This document shows, piece after piece, positions 39,901 through 51,549 of a stretch of DNA of 64,000 bases. Origin of the DNA: Geosiphon pyriformis uo1 (taxonomy: Eukaryota > Fungi > Glomeromycota); assembly GCA_016748015.1 (NCBI GenBank), contig JAAOMT010000009.1:204459-268458 (forward strand). The letters run 5' to 3'. Position 1 is the stretch's first letter. Every line of letters begins with the position of its first letter. Below the pieces are notes generated by a model, which had not been told where the DNA came from, ran no database searches, and was given only the letters and a program-made list of their open reading frames with translations. The position numbers and the translations under genes were made by a program.

Positions 39901-41587
39901 CTTGTCAAGTATCGTGCGCATTCTTCTTGGATGCAGATTGTCTTTAGGTAGTTCTTTGGCCAGCTTTTTTTGGTTTTGTGATGGAGTACCTATATCAGCT
40001 GTCCTGAACGAATTCTTGTTTTTTAAGTACTTGTCCTCTCTCCGGTGTTATGGTATTGCCTTTGTGGATCAGCTTCGGGATCATCATGAGGATATTTTTG
40101 ATTAGTACACCTTTAAGTGGTGGAAAAAACTGGATCCTCGTGGCCCAGTTCCTGAATGGTTTGGGCGCTCTGTTGCATTTCTCAGTAGTGCACCTCCCTC
40201 TCCTTTGGTTTTGAGTGGTGTTGGCCCTGTGAACATTCATGATTCTGATGATTTTGTGTCTGTATGTGATCGTCTTTCTTGGGTTGGCACTGATAGTTTG
40301 TCTGTATATATGGATGGGTCAGTAAAAAATTTGGGCTCGACTGGTTGTAGGGCCGGGGCTGCTGCCTTTTTTGAGGACATTAACTTGGGTTTAAGTGTCT
40401 GTATTCGGGGTTTGATGTCATCTACTTTGGCAGAGTTGCAGGCTGTAGTGTTGGCTCTGGAATGCATACCTGTGGATTGTTCTGTTCACCTGTTTTCAGA
40501 TAGCCAGACAGCCTTGGATGCTTGCAAGTTGGAGGTTAACTTGGTGTATCTTAACTTTCACAATCGGTGTTGGGTTGAGTGCTGGCATATTAAGAATATT
40601 ATACATAGAAAAAATTTGAGGGTCAGCTGGCACAAGGTTAAGAGCCACTTTGGTGTGTTGGGAAATGATTGCGCCAATAGCATTACTGATGTTGCAGCTC
40701 TCTCTGATTGGTTTCTCCCTCCTCGTGTTGCTGAACAGTTTTTGTTGGCAGATGGTGGTATTGTTTTTGGTAATTCTAGACACTTTGTTCGAGATGTTTT
40801 TTATGCTGTCTGTCAGGTGCACTGAGAGGTCGGTTCTGGTTCTGGGTTTCTAGCTGGTGTTTTGCGCTCAAATATCAATTGGCCTACCTCTTCCAGAGTT
40901 TGGCACTCTGATTTGCATATGACAACTGGTTTCACCAGCAAGCACACTGCTGATATTCGTACTTACCTTATGAAGGCTTTGCACCGTCAGCTTCCTGTGG
41001 CTGTTCGAAAGCACATTTATGATAAATGTTACTCTAGTGTTTTGTGTCTGTATTATAGTGAGGTGGAGGTATCTGATCATGTGTTTTCTTGTGTAATTGA
41101 TGATACGGCTCATTGTCAGGTTTTGGAATCCTGTATGTCTTCTTAGAAGGTGCTTTCTGGTCTCTTTCTCCCTGCTTCAGGCGTTTTACAGCTGCTGTCA
41201 ACTTGTGCTTCGGATTTCTTAGTATTTTCGACTCTTTGCAAGGGTTTTGTTTTCAAAGGATGGCTTCAGGAGGCTGTTTCTATCTTCCATGTTCCCAAAG
41301 TTGCTGGCATTAAAATTGCTGATTTTGTACACTCTATTTGTGCTGCTTTCAGGAATGACATTTGGTTGGTTCGTGCTAAGTATCGTGCATACATGGAAAA
41401 AAATGGCCTGATCTCAGTGAATGGCTCAGTTTCTGTCTCAGTTTCTGGTTTGGCTTCAAGATTCTCAAATGGTATGGTTAAGCTGCTTGGTGTTGCTGAA
41501 GCTTTTGGTGTCTGTTTTGGCTTTCACAAATCTTGCTTTTTTTTTTCAGGTATTGGTGACCTGGTTTCAGTTAATATAATTGTGTAG
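36909..41587 (+). pseudogene. LINE ORF2 (APE-RT-RNase H-zinc finger)
   Basis: CNFRGMN, ITETK, GGDFN, IDYVLVS, MDH (APE); QDMRKTYDSV, GLNQGEVFSP, AFVDNT (RT, DD>DN); YMDGS, AELQA, FSDSQ, KVKSH..GND (RNase H); CLYY..DHVFSC. Confidence 0.92.
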
Positions 41588-41729
41588 TGTTGTTCTGACT
41601 GGCTCAAGTGGCTGGTCACGTGTAGAAAGTGCATGATTCATGCCTAGTTTAGATCATTTCTTTGATGTATATTTCTAGGTAGTGTTTGGACCTTGTTCAT
41701 TAAATGGAAAAAAAAAAAAACTTAATAAT

Positions 41730-44700
41730 ATATTTAAAAACCATTATTATTCATAAAATAAAAGCAAAAAAAAATAAAAAACAAAATATAATATAAATAA
41801 CCAATAAAATAGTATAAATTACTAAAGCATATAATATTAAAAATTTTAAAAATATCAAAAAAAATTCTAAAAATACTAAAAATTTTAATAATAATTTAAA
41901 AAAAAATATAGAAATTATTAGAAATTTCAAAAATTTTATATTATAAAGATTTATGTATATATAATAATAATTATAAAAACAAGTTTAATTTAATTTTTTT
42001 AAATAACTTTTATAGTTAGCAATCTAATACTTAAAATAAATAAAAATTATTGATTAAATTATTTAAATATTCAATTTTATAAGTTTATGTTTATTTTGTT
42101 GAAATTTAAATACTTTTATTAATATTAATTATATTAATTATAGTAAAATAATAATTTTTAATCATAATTATTAATAAAATATCTTTTTATTTTTATTATT
42201 TTAATTTTTTTCATATTATTATTTTTTGTTATTGTTATTTATTTTTGAATTAATTGATTAAAAAAAATACTAAAATTATAATGTTAAAAATTATTTGATA
42301 AAAAATGCCAAAAAAAAACATAAAACATAATTAAAAAACTAGAATTGTTTATTAAAAAAGTATAAATATCAAAATAAATCAATTATTACATTAAAAAAAT
42401 AAGACATTAAATATTGTGAATTATTATTTATAAATTTTGTTTATTATATAAAGAACTTAATTATTAAAATCTTTAAAAAAACTTTTAGATTGTAAAATTA
42501 TTAACTGAAGTATCAAGTTATAAAAAACCAAATAATTTAAAAAAGCACTTATAATATTTAGTAATTTTTATAAAAAATAATTTACAGAAAACAAAAATAT
42601 TATTAAACCAATTAATAAAAATAGCAAAAGCAAAATTTACAAAAATTAATTATTTAAAGTTCATAAAATTATTAAATAAACACTTTTAAAAAGATTTAAG
42701 TTTAATTATTAATTACTTTTTAATAAAATTAGTTTTTAATTTTTATGTTAACAAAAAAATTAGTTTAATCAGAAATCACAAAAACAAAATTCTATAAAGA
42801 ATTCAAATAATACATTAATTATTATTAATCTTATAATTTTACAAAAACATTAACAAAAATTTACTTAAAAATATACAAATATTTTCAAATATTTTTTTAT
42901 TTATTATAAAAAACAACAGATCTAATTTATTAATCCAGACATTAATTACAATATTTAAAATAATAATTATATCTTTATAAAAAAACCAAAAGTTGTTTTG
43001 CTTCTAAAATTATTATATTATTATATCTTAGATAATATTATTCACGTTTTTTTTTATAATAATATTAATATTTATATGTAATTAAAAAATTTTAGACTTA
43101 TTTTTTAAAGTTATTTTAAAAGTAATAAACTATTAAAAAAATTTGAAAAATACTTCAAAGAAATATTAAATAAAAAAAAATCAAAATCAAAAAAAACTTA
43201 AAGAAAATCTGATTTTAAAACTTATTATAACTTAAACTTTAACAATTTAAACTTTAAAATCAATTTAAAATTTAATAATTACAAATTCAACTATATTAAT
43301 AAATCTATTACTAATATTACCAATAACAGAAATTTTATTAATTCCAATATTATTTTTAGTATATAATTCTTTAAAAATAAAATTCTATTTTTAAAAAGAC
43401 AGTTATAATATAATATATTAATAAAAAATTTTTCTTTTGTCAATATTATATTTTTAAAGTATAATAAAAAAAATATTAATAAATTTTTATCTTAACAATA
43501 GCTAAAAAATTATACCAAAATATGTTAATACTTTTTTAATATCAAAAAATATAAAAATACTTTCTGTTACTTATTTAAATAATATAAAAAAATAATAGGT
43601 TTTTTTATTTATAACAAAAAAAATGAATATTATTTAAATTTGCAATTATATTTATCTTTATTGTTCTATTTACAATATATATTTTTTGATATTTTTATTA
43701 ATTATATTATATAAAAAACCAATTTTAAGACAATATAAATAATTAATTAAGCAAAAATAACTTATTAATTCAATTAATAATTTTTTGTTAATTTTAAACA
43801 AATACTAGTTTTATAAAATTATAAAATATTCTTAAAAAAATCCAAATTTTTTATATCTAAAATCTTAAAAAGTTTTATAATTAAAAAATAAAAAAAACTA
43901 TAATGTAATATATAAATTAGACTGTATTTTTATATTTTAATTGGTTAATAAATTATTTATTATTTAAAGCTATAAGATTTTAATATTTCTATATTCTAAT
44001 TACTTAATAAAATCTTAAATTATATATTATCTAAATTTATATAAGATATAAAATTTTTCTTTTTTTTTCTTTTTTTTTTTTATAATAATATAATATATGG
44101 TTTTCTTACTAATATTATAATTAAAACAATTAAAAAACCAATAAGCTTAATAATTTTATTAATTAAAATTTCAAAAAAACTTATTTTAATTGAATTATAA
44201 AATTAATAATAATAATAAATTAAAAAATAAAAAATAACAACTTTTATATAAATTTTTATATTAATAAACAATTTTAAAAATTTCAAAAATTAAATAAAAA
44301 AATAAACTTAAAAGCCAAATTATTTAAATATTAATATCTAAAATTATATTAATAATTAGAATTGTTTTATTAAATTTAATATTTTTTTAAAATATTAATT
44401 TTAATAATATTATTATCTAAGTTTTTTTAAAAACCAAAAATAATAAGTGGTAAAACTGTACTTGTAAAGCTAGTAAAAATAATAATAATAATAAGAAATC
44501 TTAATTATTAAACAAAATTTGGTAATTAAAAAATAAAACAAATATAATTATTTATTTAAAAAATAATAATTTAATTTTAAAAACAATATAACCCAAAATA
44601 AAATTTACTAATTTAATTTTAAAAATGTTTTTAAAATAATAAATTTTTAAATAAAAAAATTTTTAATATTTTTTTTTAAAAAGATTAATCAACAAATCAA

Positions 44701-46000
44701 AATAATATTAAAAAACATATAAAATTTAAAATACATATAACATATTATTATTAATTAGTAAATTTCAACTTAATACCAAAAATTTACTAAAAACATTCAA
44801 ACTATTTTAATATTATTTACAATAGTTTTTAAAAAAATATTATAAAAAATAAAATAATAAAAATAATATTAAACTTAAATTCTATAAAAAACTTTATAAT
44901 TTTAAATATAATAAAAATAAATAAATTAATAAGCTTAATTAGAATAATAGCAATTAAAAAAACTTTAAATACAAAATTTATACAAAAAAATTTAAATAAT
45001 ACTTATAATTTAATAAAATTATATAAAAATTAAAATATGGTTTTAATATAAATTAATTTTATTTTAATAATTTTACTAAACATTAAAATAAAAACTATTT
45101 ACTAAACAAATTTTTAAAAATTTGTAATAGTTTTTTAATATTAATAAAATCAAAAAAAATGCTTTAATTTTTATTTTAGTAATTTAATTTTTAAGATTAA
45201 ATTACTTAATTAATTAGTTAATTAAAGTTATATATGAAAATATAATTTGTTTTGTTTTTAAAACTGATATAAATTAATTAAAATTTAATAAATATATTAT
45301 TATTATTATTATTTTAATTAAAAAAAAGTTATTTTTTACAATTAAATTAAAATTAAACACTATTTTAATATAATTATAATAAAATTAATAAAACTACCAA
45401 AAAAATTAAGCTTTAAATTAAACGTATTATTTTAAAAAATATAAAAAAGAAAACTTTTTTTTAACATTTTAAAAAAGTTAATTGCTCTAAATTTTAGAAA
45501 AAAAAATTAGTTTTTTGGTTTTTTATTAAAAATTCTAAAACTTTTTATCATAATAACAATTATATTAAATCTAGTTTTAATTAATTACTTGAAAAAAATT
45601 TTGGATAAAAAAAACTTTTACTTAAAGCTAAAAATAATATTTTTATTATTTAGCAAAAACACTTTAAAAAAATGCCGTTTAACTGTTTTAACTTTCAAAA
45701 AAACTTCTCAAGTATTAGAATTATAAAAACAATAAAAACAAAAGTTGTTTTTTTTTGCTTTGATTTAATCATAATAATATAAGAAAAAAAGTAATAATTA
45801 GATTAAATTAACATTTATAATGTAATTTAACTGCAAACTATTATTATATAATGTATATATTGTATATTAAATGTAAATTACATAAGAAATTACATGTATT
45901 TAGCCATTAATAAAAATGCTTAATGTTTTTTAAATTATATAGTTTAATAACAACAAACATTAAAATAATAAAAAATAATAAAATTTATTTTTTATTTTTG
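41730..46000. other. Extremely AT-rich decayed DNA (probable end-state TE relics)
   Basis: Almost no G/C and no ORFs; similar tracts at ~55.0-56.3, 57.6-58.4 and 60.7-64.0 kb. Confidence 0.6.
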
Positions 46001-46563
46001 TATATTTAATTGTATTGATTGAGCTACACTCGTGAATGCAATTAAAAAAAATTGCATAATAAATTACTAATTATTAATTATTGATTTCAGTATAATTTTT
46101 TGATTTTTATTGATGTTTATTATGTGACTGTTAATTTAATTTGGGTTATTTTTTTGTTTTTTGGTATTTGATGATCCAACAATATTTTTTAATAATATAT
46201 CTAATTGTATAACAGATATTGAATACAGTTTATTAAAACCATTAGTATTCTGTTATTTAACCAACATTAACATTCGGTATTATTATTACGATTCACAGAA
46301 CCATTTACATTACCAACGACTTTCCAATAACTTGATTTGTGTATTATTTCCGCTATAAATAATCTTTGTTTCACCTTTTTCCTTCTTGAGTAATTGATAT
46401 ACCGGGGCTCTGGAGAAACTAGGACTCTTTAATGATTAGTTTATTAGCCGATCAAACCCATTTTAATTGGATAAAACAATTGACCATTCACTATCTTGTA
46501 AATCTCATCAAAAAGTTTTTATTCTCTTCGTGTAAGCCAAAGAGAGAGAAATATTATCCCAAT

Positions 46564-47407
46564 ATGTCAAATTCACTCCATACAAATGGCCCCGTTTCCA
46601 CAAGTACTTCGCCGTCTATAGTTGAAGAAAGGGTGGTATTAAACGTGGGTGGTGTAAAGGTATTTTAAAAAGTTTATGAGAAAGGAGCTTTGCGATCTTT
46701 CTATTGAAATTTATTATCATAAAATATTACATATAAAATTTCAAACATAGTATGAAACTTATCGCGCGACCTTGACTGCCTACCCTCACACTCGTCTTGG
46801 AAGATTATTCAAGAATAAGAAAAAGACACCATCTAATCGTGATGAACATTTTTTTGATCGAAATGGTCATGCCTTTCACTATATTCTCGAATATTATCGT
46901 ACAGGACGTATTACATTTCCACGTGATGATGTTAACTCTGGTGGTAGAGGGGTTGCCTTAGATCGAGAAATTTTCAATGAGCTCGAATATTTTGAAATTT
47001 TGCCCGCTAACATTCCTCACCAGAACAAAGCATTGGCGATACGAATCGATCAACTGGTCAACTTCCTTAGACAAACTTATTTTGAAGCAGTTTCGAGGAT
47101 GCAATTGGAAACAGATATTCGATTTCATGTCGATGGCACTTACTTTGCACCAATAGATGTGAATTTTTGTATTGGGGCTTCTGGCTATGTCATCTTGGAG
47201 AGATTTGGAAAAGATATCGAGTCACATTTGAAGTCTACGATTCCGTTGTTGAAAGCAAACTTTACACACTATCCAAAGGGTAACACTTATCCTGAAAATA
47301 GGATAGTTTCAATGCCACATTATCAAATTCAATTCTTTGTCGAGACTGATAATTATGATTTTGATGCCGTCCGCAAAATCTCCTCTTTAAAATCAAGAGA
47401 TCCTTGA
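46564..47407 (+). CDS. BTB/POZ (KCTD/T1-type) domain protein, ~250 aa; exons 46564..46659 and 46751..47407
   Basis: A 91-nt GT..AG phase-0 intron joins ERVVLNVGGVK to YETYRATLTAYPHTRLG; FFDRNGHAFHYILEYYRTG and ELEYFEI are T1-BTB motifs. Confidence 0.9.
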
Positions 47408-47603
47408 GATTATCAAGGATGCATTAACAATAGTATTAATACTTCTAAAATTTTTCGTTGCAGATAGATTGTGAATCATTAATTGTAGAATCTTTATGCA
47501 AAATCTAAAACATAAATGGCCAAGATCTTAAAATTTACAAATCTGAGTAGAGATGATAATTATGAATCAAACAGACATTTATTTTTTACAATTCAGAGTA
47601 GCC

Positions 47604-47872
47604 ATGATACTTCGCCAACTCATGGTGGTTTTTGGTACATTTGCTCTCACTACTGCTCGACTAATTCCAGCACCTCAACCTAGAGTTGTTAGCAACAATG
47701 TTGTAACTATGTCGTAGAAATGGTATTCTTTATGCACAACTTTGGTTGTCATAAAGGGAATGTTAATGGCAACCAAAACTATGGTACTGGTTACAACAAC
47801 GGGAATATAAATAGTGATAATGAGAATGGAGCTTCCAAAGGCAACGTGAACTATGGAAATTTCAATAAGTGA
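47604..47872 (+). pseudogene. Decayed paralog of the secreted Asn/Gly-repeat protein
   Basis: Signal-peptide-like MILRQLMVVFGTFALTTARLIPAP, then after frameshifts HNFGCHKGNVNGNQNYGTGYNNGNIN...NGASKGNVNYGNFNK*, matching the NGxxNGNxN[YWF]G motif. Confidence 0.6.
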
Positions 47873-48293
47873 TAATGAAAAATCAAAAAACATGGATACT
47901 GAAAACCGCTATTACCCTGTCGAAGTATCACTTCTTTTAATTTCATGGCAATAAAACTTCGGTCCAGCAGAAGTCATTTAATATTAATATCATCCTGAAA
48001 ATTGGTAATATAATTCGCCTATTGGCTCGATTGAAAATTAAATTGCCAAATTTCAAACTTTGACCACATTTGAAATATTCAGGTCAGTAACAATAAAAGT
48101 GATTTTTTTCAAAGAGCTGTGGACATTAATGATTTGCAAGTAGAAAAGGTGCTCAGTAAATATGTTCAAAACCGAAACTTCTAACAAGTATAATGAGGAA
48201 TTGAAAAAGTAAAATATCTTGTTATCATAAAATAAAATAGACAATTCGAAGGCCAAGAGTTTAATACCCTTATGGAGGTATTTTCTTGAGTCT

Positions 48294-49910
48294 TCATTCT
48301 AATCCCACTTCAATTCCTACACAATAATGCTTGGGAGTTTCGGTGATATTGAAATAATTGATTTTTCTCCTTTGCTTTCTGGCAAAGTTTTGGACTAAAG
48401 TTTGGTGAATATCATTGCGACCATCACAAGCCCATGAGAGATAAGAAATAGAACTTGGAGCATTATCAAGAAATCCGCGCAGGTATTTTGCCAATAAGAT
48501 CCATCGATCCGCATTTAAAACCTTAAAACCAAATGGAAGGCATGTTGCTATTTGTGGAAAGTATTTATATAATTTAAATAACCGAGAATCATCAAGTAAT
48601 GGTCTTGGGATAGTCAGCGATTTCAACCGGGAAGTTTTTACCAAGCTTAAAAGGTCCTGAATTTGTTGGTCGGTACATATAAATGTCCCAAAATTTACAA
48701 GATTCGGACAATGAGATGCGATTGTTTTGAGAATAGTCGGGCAATATCTCAAATCTATGAAAAGGTTGAGGTCGGTCAAAATTACATTTGTATTTATCAG
48801 AATTGCTTCCAATTCCAAGGATGCTGCGTTTCGTGGATCATAATTCCAATTTTTTTCAATCCCATTAAATTCCAGATAGCGAAGGTTGGGATATTGTGCA
48901 ATAGCCAATGATTTCAAGCTAACTGAGGTTACTGAGAAATTTGAAAAACTCAATCTTTCCAAATTCTGACATTTTCCCAAACTTTTTAAATCGAAATTAT
49001 CTGGCACCATTCCTCCAAAAATTTCTATTTTTCGCAAAGAGCTTTTTATTTTACCAAGGCTTAGCACCTCCAGTTCGCGTGATAAATCGATTTGATCACC
49101 AACTGTAAGCTCCAAATTTTTTAAATTTCCTTGAACTTTTATCAAACGAGAAAAATCAAACTTTTTCTGATTCGAAAGACCGAACGCCACGATTAAATCC
49201 TCAAGACAATGGCATGAATCTGCTACAGCTTTAAAGAATTCGGCATCATTAAATTGATCATTGCAAGTCAATTTTCTTAGAGAGGAAAGCCAAATTTTCA
49301 TTGATGGGAAAGAGGCAATAGCAGATATGTATTTTTTTGCGCAGATTTCAAACCAGATTGATTTGTTCTTTAATGAAGAGGGTAAATCTGTGTTTAAATA
49401 TTCGAGCGTTCGATGTTCGAGGTCAATTTTGCTAAGGTTGATTAGAACTTTGCAGATCTCGTTTGTAATTTGAAAGCAGCGTTCCTCATGAGTATCCCCC
49501 GTATCGATTTCTGTACCATCGATATCGAACTCACATTGACCACGATAGAAAATATTATTCAATGATGACCATTTTAATACCAATCTGTACAAATTATAGT
49601 AATTCAATTCACGAAGAAATGCTGGATATTCAAAGGCAGGCTTTGGTTGTGATGGTATGTTGCCAAGCTTGAGTTTTAATTTATAATCTTCAATATTTAT
49701 AAAAGTTAGATAAACTGGGATTATCTTGAAGAGCTTTGATTCTGCGATCATGTCGCAATTAAAAGGTTTCCTCCAAAGCGTTGGCATGCCACTTTTGCAC
49801 CATTGTCTATTTACTAAAATTGCTGAATGTAAAGTTCGATAATCATCCGGGTTGATTGCCAAGAAAATTCTTACAAGGCATTCCATTGGTAAAAAGCTGG
49901 ATGTCTCCAT
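48294..49910 (-). CDS. F-box domain / RNI-like leucine-rich repeat protein, 538 aa
   Basis: N-terminal LPMECLVRIF...LHSAILVNRQWC..G.P.LWRKPF and PAFEYPAFLRELN; LRR-like units (LRKLTC, LEDLIV, LKNLEL, CQNLERLSF, CPNLVNF); intact single ORF. Confidence 0.88.
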   Translation of the reverse strand: METSSFLPMECLVRIFLAINPDDYRTLHSAILVNRQWCKSGMPTLWRKPFNCDMIAESKLFKIIPVYLTFINIEDYKLKLKLGNIPSQPKPAFEYPAFLRELNYYNLYRLVLKWSSLNNIFYRGQCEFDIDGTEIDTGDTHEERCFQITNEICKVLINLSKIDLEHRTLEYLNTDLPSSLKNKSIWFEICAKKYISAIASFPSMKIWLSSLRKLTCNDQFNDAEFFKAVADSCHCLEDLIVAFGLSNQKKFDFSRLIKVQGNLKNLELTVGDQIDLSRELEVLSLGKIKSSLRKIEIFGGMVPDNFDLKSLGKCQNLERLSFSNFSVTSVSLKSLAIAQYPNLRYLEFNGIEKNWNYDPRNAASLELEAILINTNVILTDLNLFIDLRYCPTILKTIASHCPNLVNFGTFICTDQQIQDLLSLVKTSRLKSLTIPRPLLDDSRLFKLYKYFPQIATCLPFGFKVLNADRWILLAKYLRGFLDNAPSSISYLSWACDGRNDIHQTLVQNFARKQRRKINYFNITETPKHYCVGIEVGLE

Positions 49911-50099
49911 TTTGCGAGGCTTTTATTCGATGTATTTCCAAAGATTCGTATCGTAAGTGGGCGCAGCTGTTGTTGAAAAATTCGAAGGAAAGCAAAATCG
50001 GATCAAGTAGTTGTAAAATTTAATGACTGATTGGTCAATTAATGTGATCTGCAACTTTAAATTAAATTGACAAACTGTAAAAGCGCTAATTAAGTGTGA

Positions 50100-50200
50100 T
50101 CAACCACTATCTACGATTACATAACAGAAATGATATAGTAGAAGTGGCTCACGCGTTGTCTACGTGTGACCAGCCATCCGAACCGGTCAAGTCTACACTA
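50100..50200 (-). mobile_element. ~100-bp LINE 3'-UTR fragment upstream of the F-box gene
   Basis: caaccactatctacgattacataacagaaatgat...tctacgtgtgaccagcca...acacta aligns with the reverse complement of LINE 41585..41690 (caaacactacctagaaatatacatcaaagaaatgat...tctacacgtgaccagcca...acacta). Confidence 0.65.
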
Positions 50201-50970
50201 ACCAGTCAGACTCTGCAGATCCGAGAAATTCATACCGGAGGCGATATGCGCCATTTTCTTTAAACCACTAAAGCTCTATAATATAGCCAAATTAAAAAAA
50301 TAAAACCAGTTAATAATTGTAAAAATATGTGATTTTTTAAATAAATTATATATATATATTAAAATTGCTACAATATGTAAAGATTTTTATAATTTTATAA
50401 TTTATTAAGATATCTATTTGTTCATCTTGAGATTTTTATTAAAATCTAAATAAACTTGAAATTTGTATGTTATTAATCTAATTAAATAACAAACTTTAAT
50501 GGCAGAAACAAATTACAAAGTCAAAAAACTATTTACAGCAAATAAAACAATTTCGTTTATCATTTTTTAGGCAATTGAAAATTTAAACAAAAACTGATGT
50601 AAAAGTAATGATACATAAATTTGCCCAATTCGCTTTATTTGAAAAGCAGAAGTGTATTTTAGATAATATTTTATAAACTAATTTTATTTATCATGATATT
50701 ATAAAATAAAGTATTATACACCAAGAAAATTTTTCCTCTTAAAGCTATTCTTCCAACACAATCAAGACACTTATAAAAATATTTAACCAGTGCGTAAACT
50801 ACTTAAATTTTGTATATAAAAGGATGTGATCGACTCATTAAGTAGATAATCAGGAATATTAATTACATGTAAATTCGGGTTTATTTTTTGAATATCCAAT
50901 CTTCGCACCCAAAAAAATTCAAATTGAAAAGTTACCTTGAACTAAAATTTAAAGAACTCACCGCTCTTTT

Positions 50971-51140
50971 TTCAATGGTAATACGGAGCATGGCAGTTAA
51001 AATTGAATTGACCAACGAAATGCGTGATGGGGCAATTATAATGACAACGGCAACCGAAATTTGAAACGTAAAGGTGCAGACAATGGCAGAAACCACAATT
51101 TTGGCAGTTTCCAATGATGATAACCATGGTAATCATAATC
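50971..51140 (+). pseudogene. Second decayed Asn/Gly-repeat paralog fragment
   Basis: Translation FNGNTEHGS*...WGNYNDNGNRNLKRKGADNGRNHNFGSF/NDDNHGNHN, including a KR site; TATATAAA upstream at ~50813. Confidence 0.45.
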
Positions 51141-51549
51141 CTTTGATTGAGCACGTGGCCCAAAGGCATAATCACAAAGAATCAAATAACACAGAAAGTA
51201 ACTTTTGAAACTAACAACTGTTTATCCTGTATCAAAAAAGTGAAGAGCTAAAAAATAATTTATTGCAAATCAAACTGTCGACTTTATTTTGTATTGTTAA
51301 TGAAAGCAGAAATCCACTTGTAAATAATTAAGCCGCTATGGCTAAACTTACCAATAAGACATGTTAAATGCATGTTTAACATTTTGGAAACAGAAACGTG
51401 TAGATAGGTATTTTTCATGTAGAAATTATTTATTTATATTCTTTACAAGCTAGACATTTATTTCAAAGATTTAGATTTTTACAAGTATATGTGGAATTCT
51501 TGAATCTATGTATTTTTTAGGTTGCACTTCACAAATTTTATTTGAGTAT

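Larger units (their letters stand above)
34987..41720 (+). mobile_element. Full-length LINE (APE endonuclease, RT, RNase H, zinc finger), inactivated by stops and frameshifts
   Basis: ORF1 and ORF2 fragments; poly(A) 41708..41720; TSD AACTTAATAA at 34977..34986 and 41719..41728. Confidence 0.93.
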
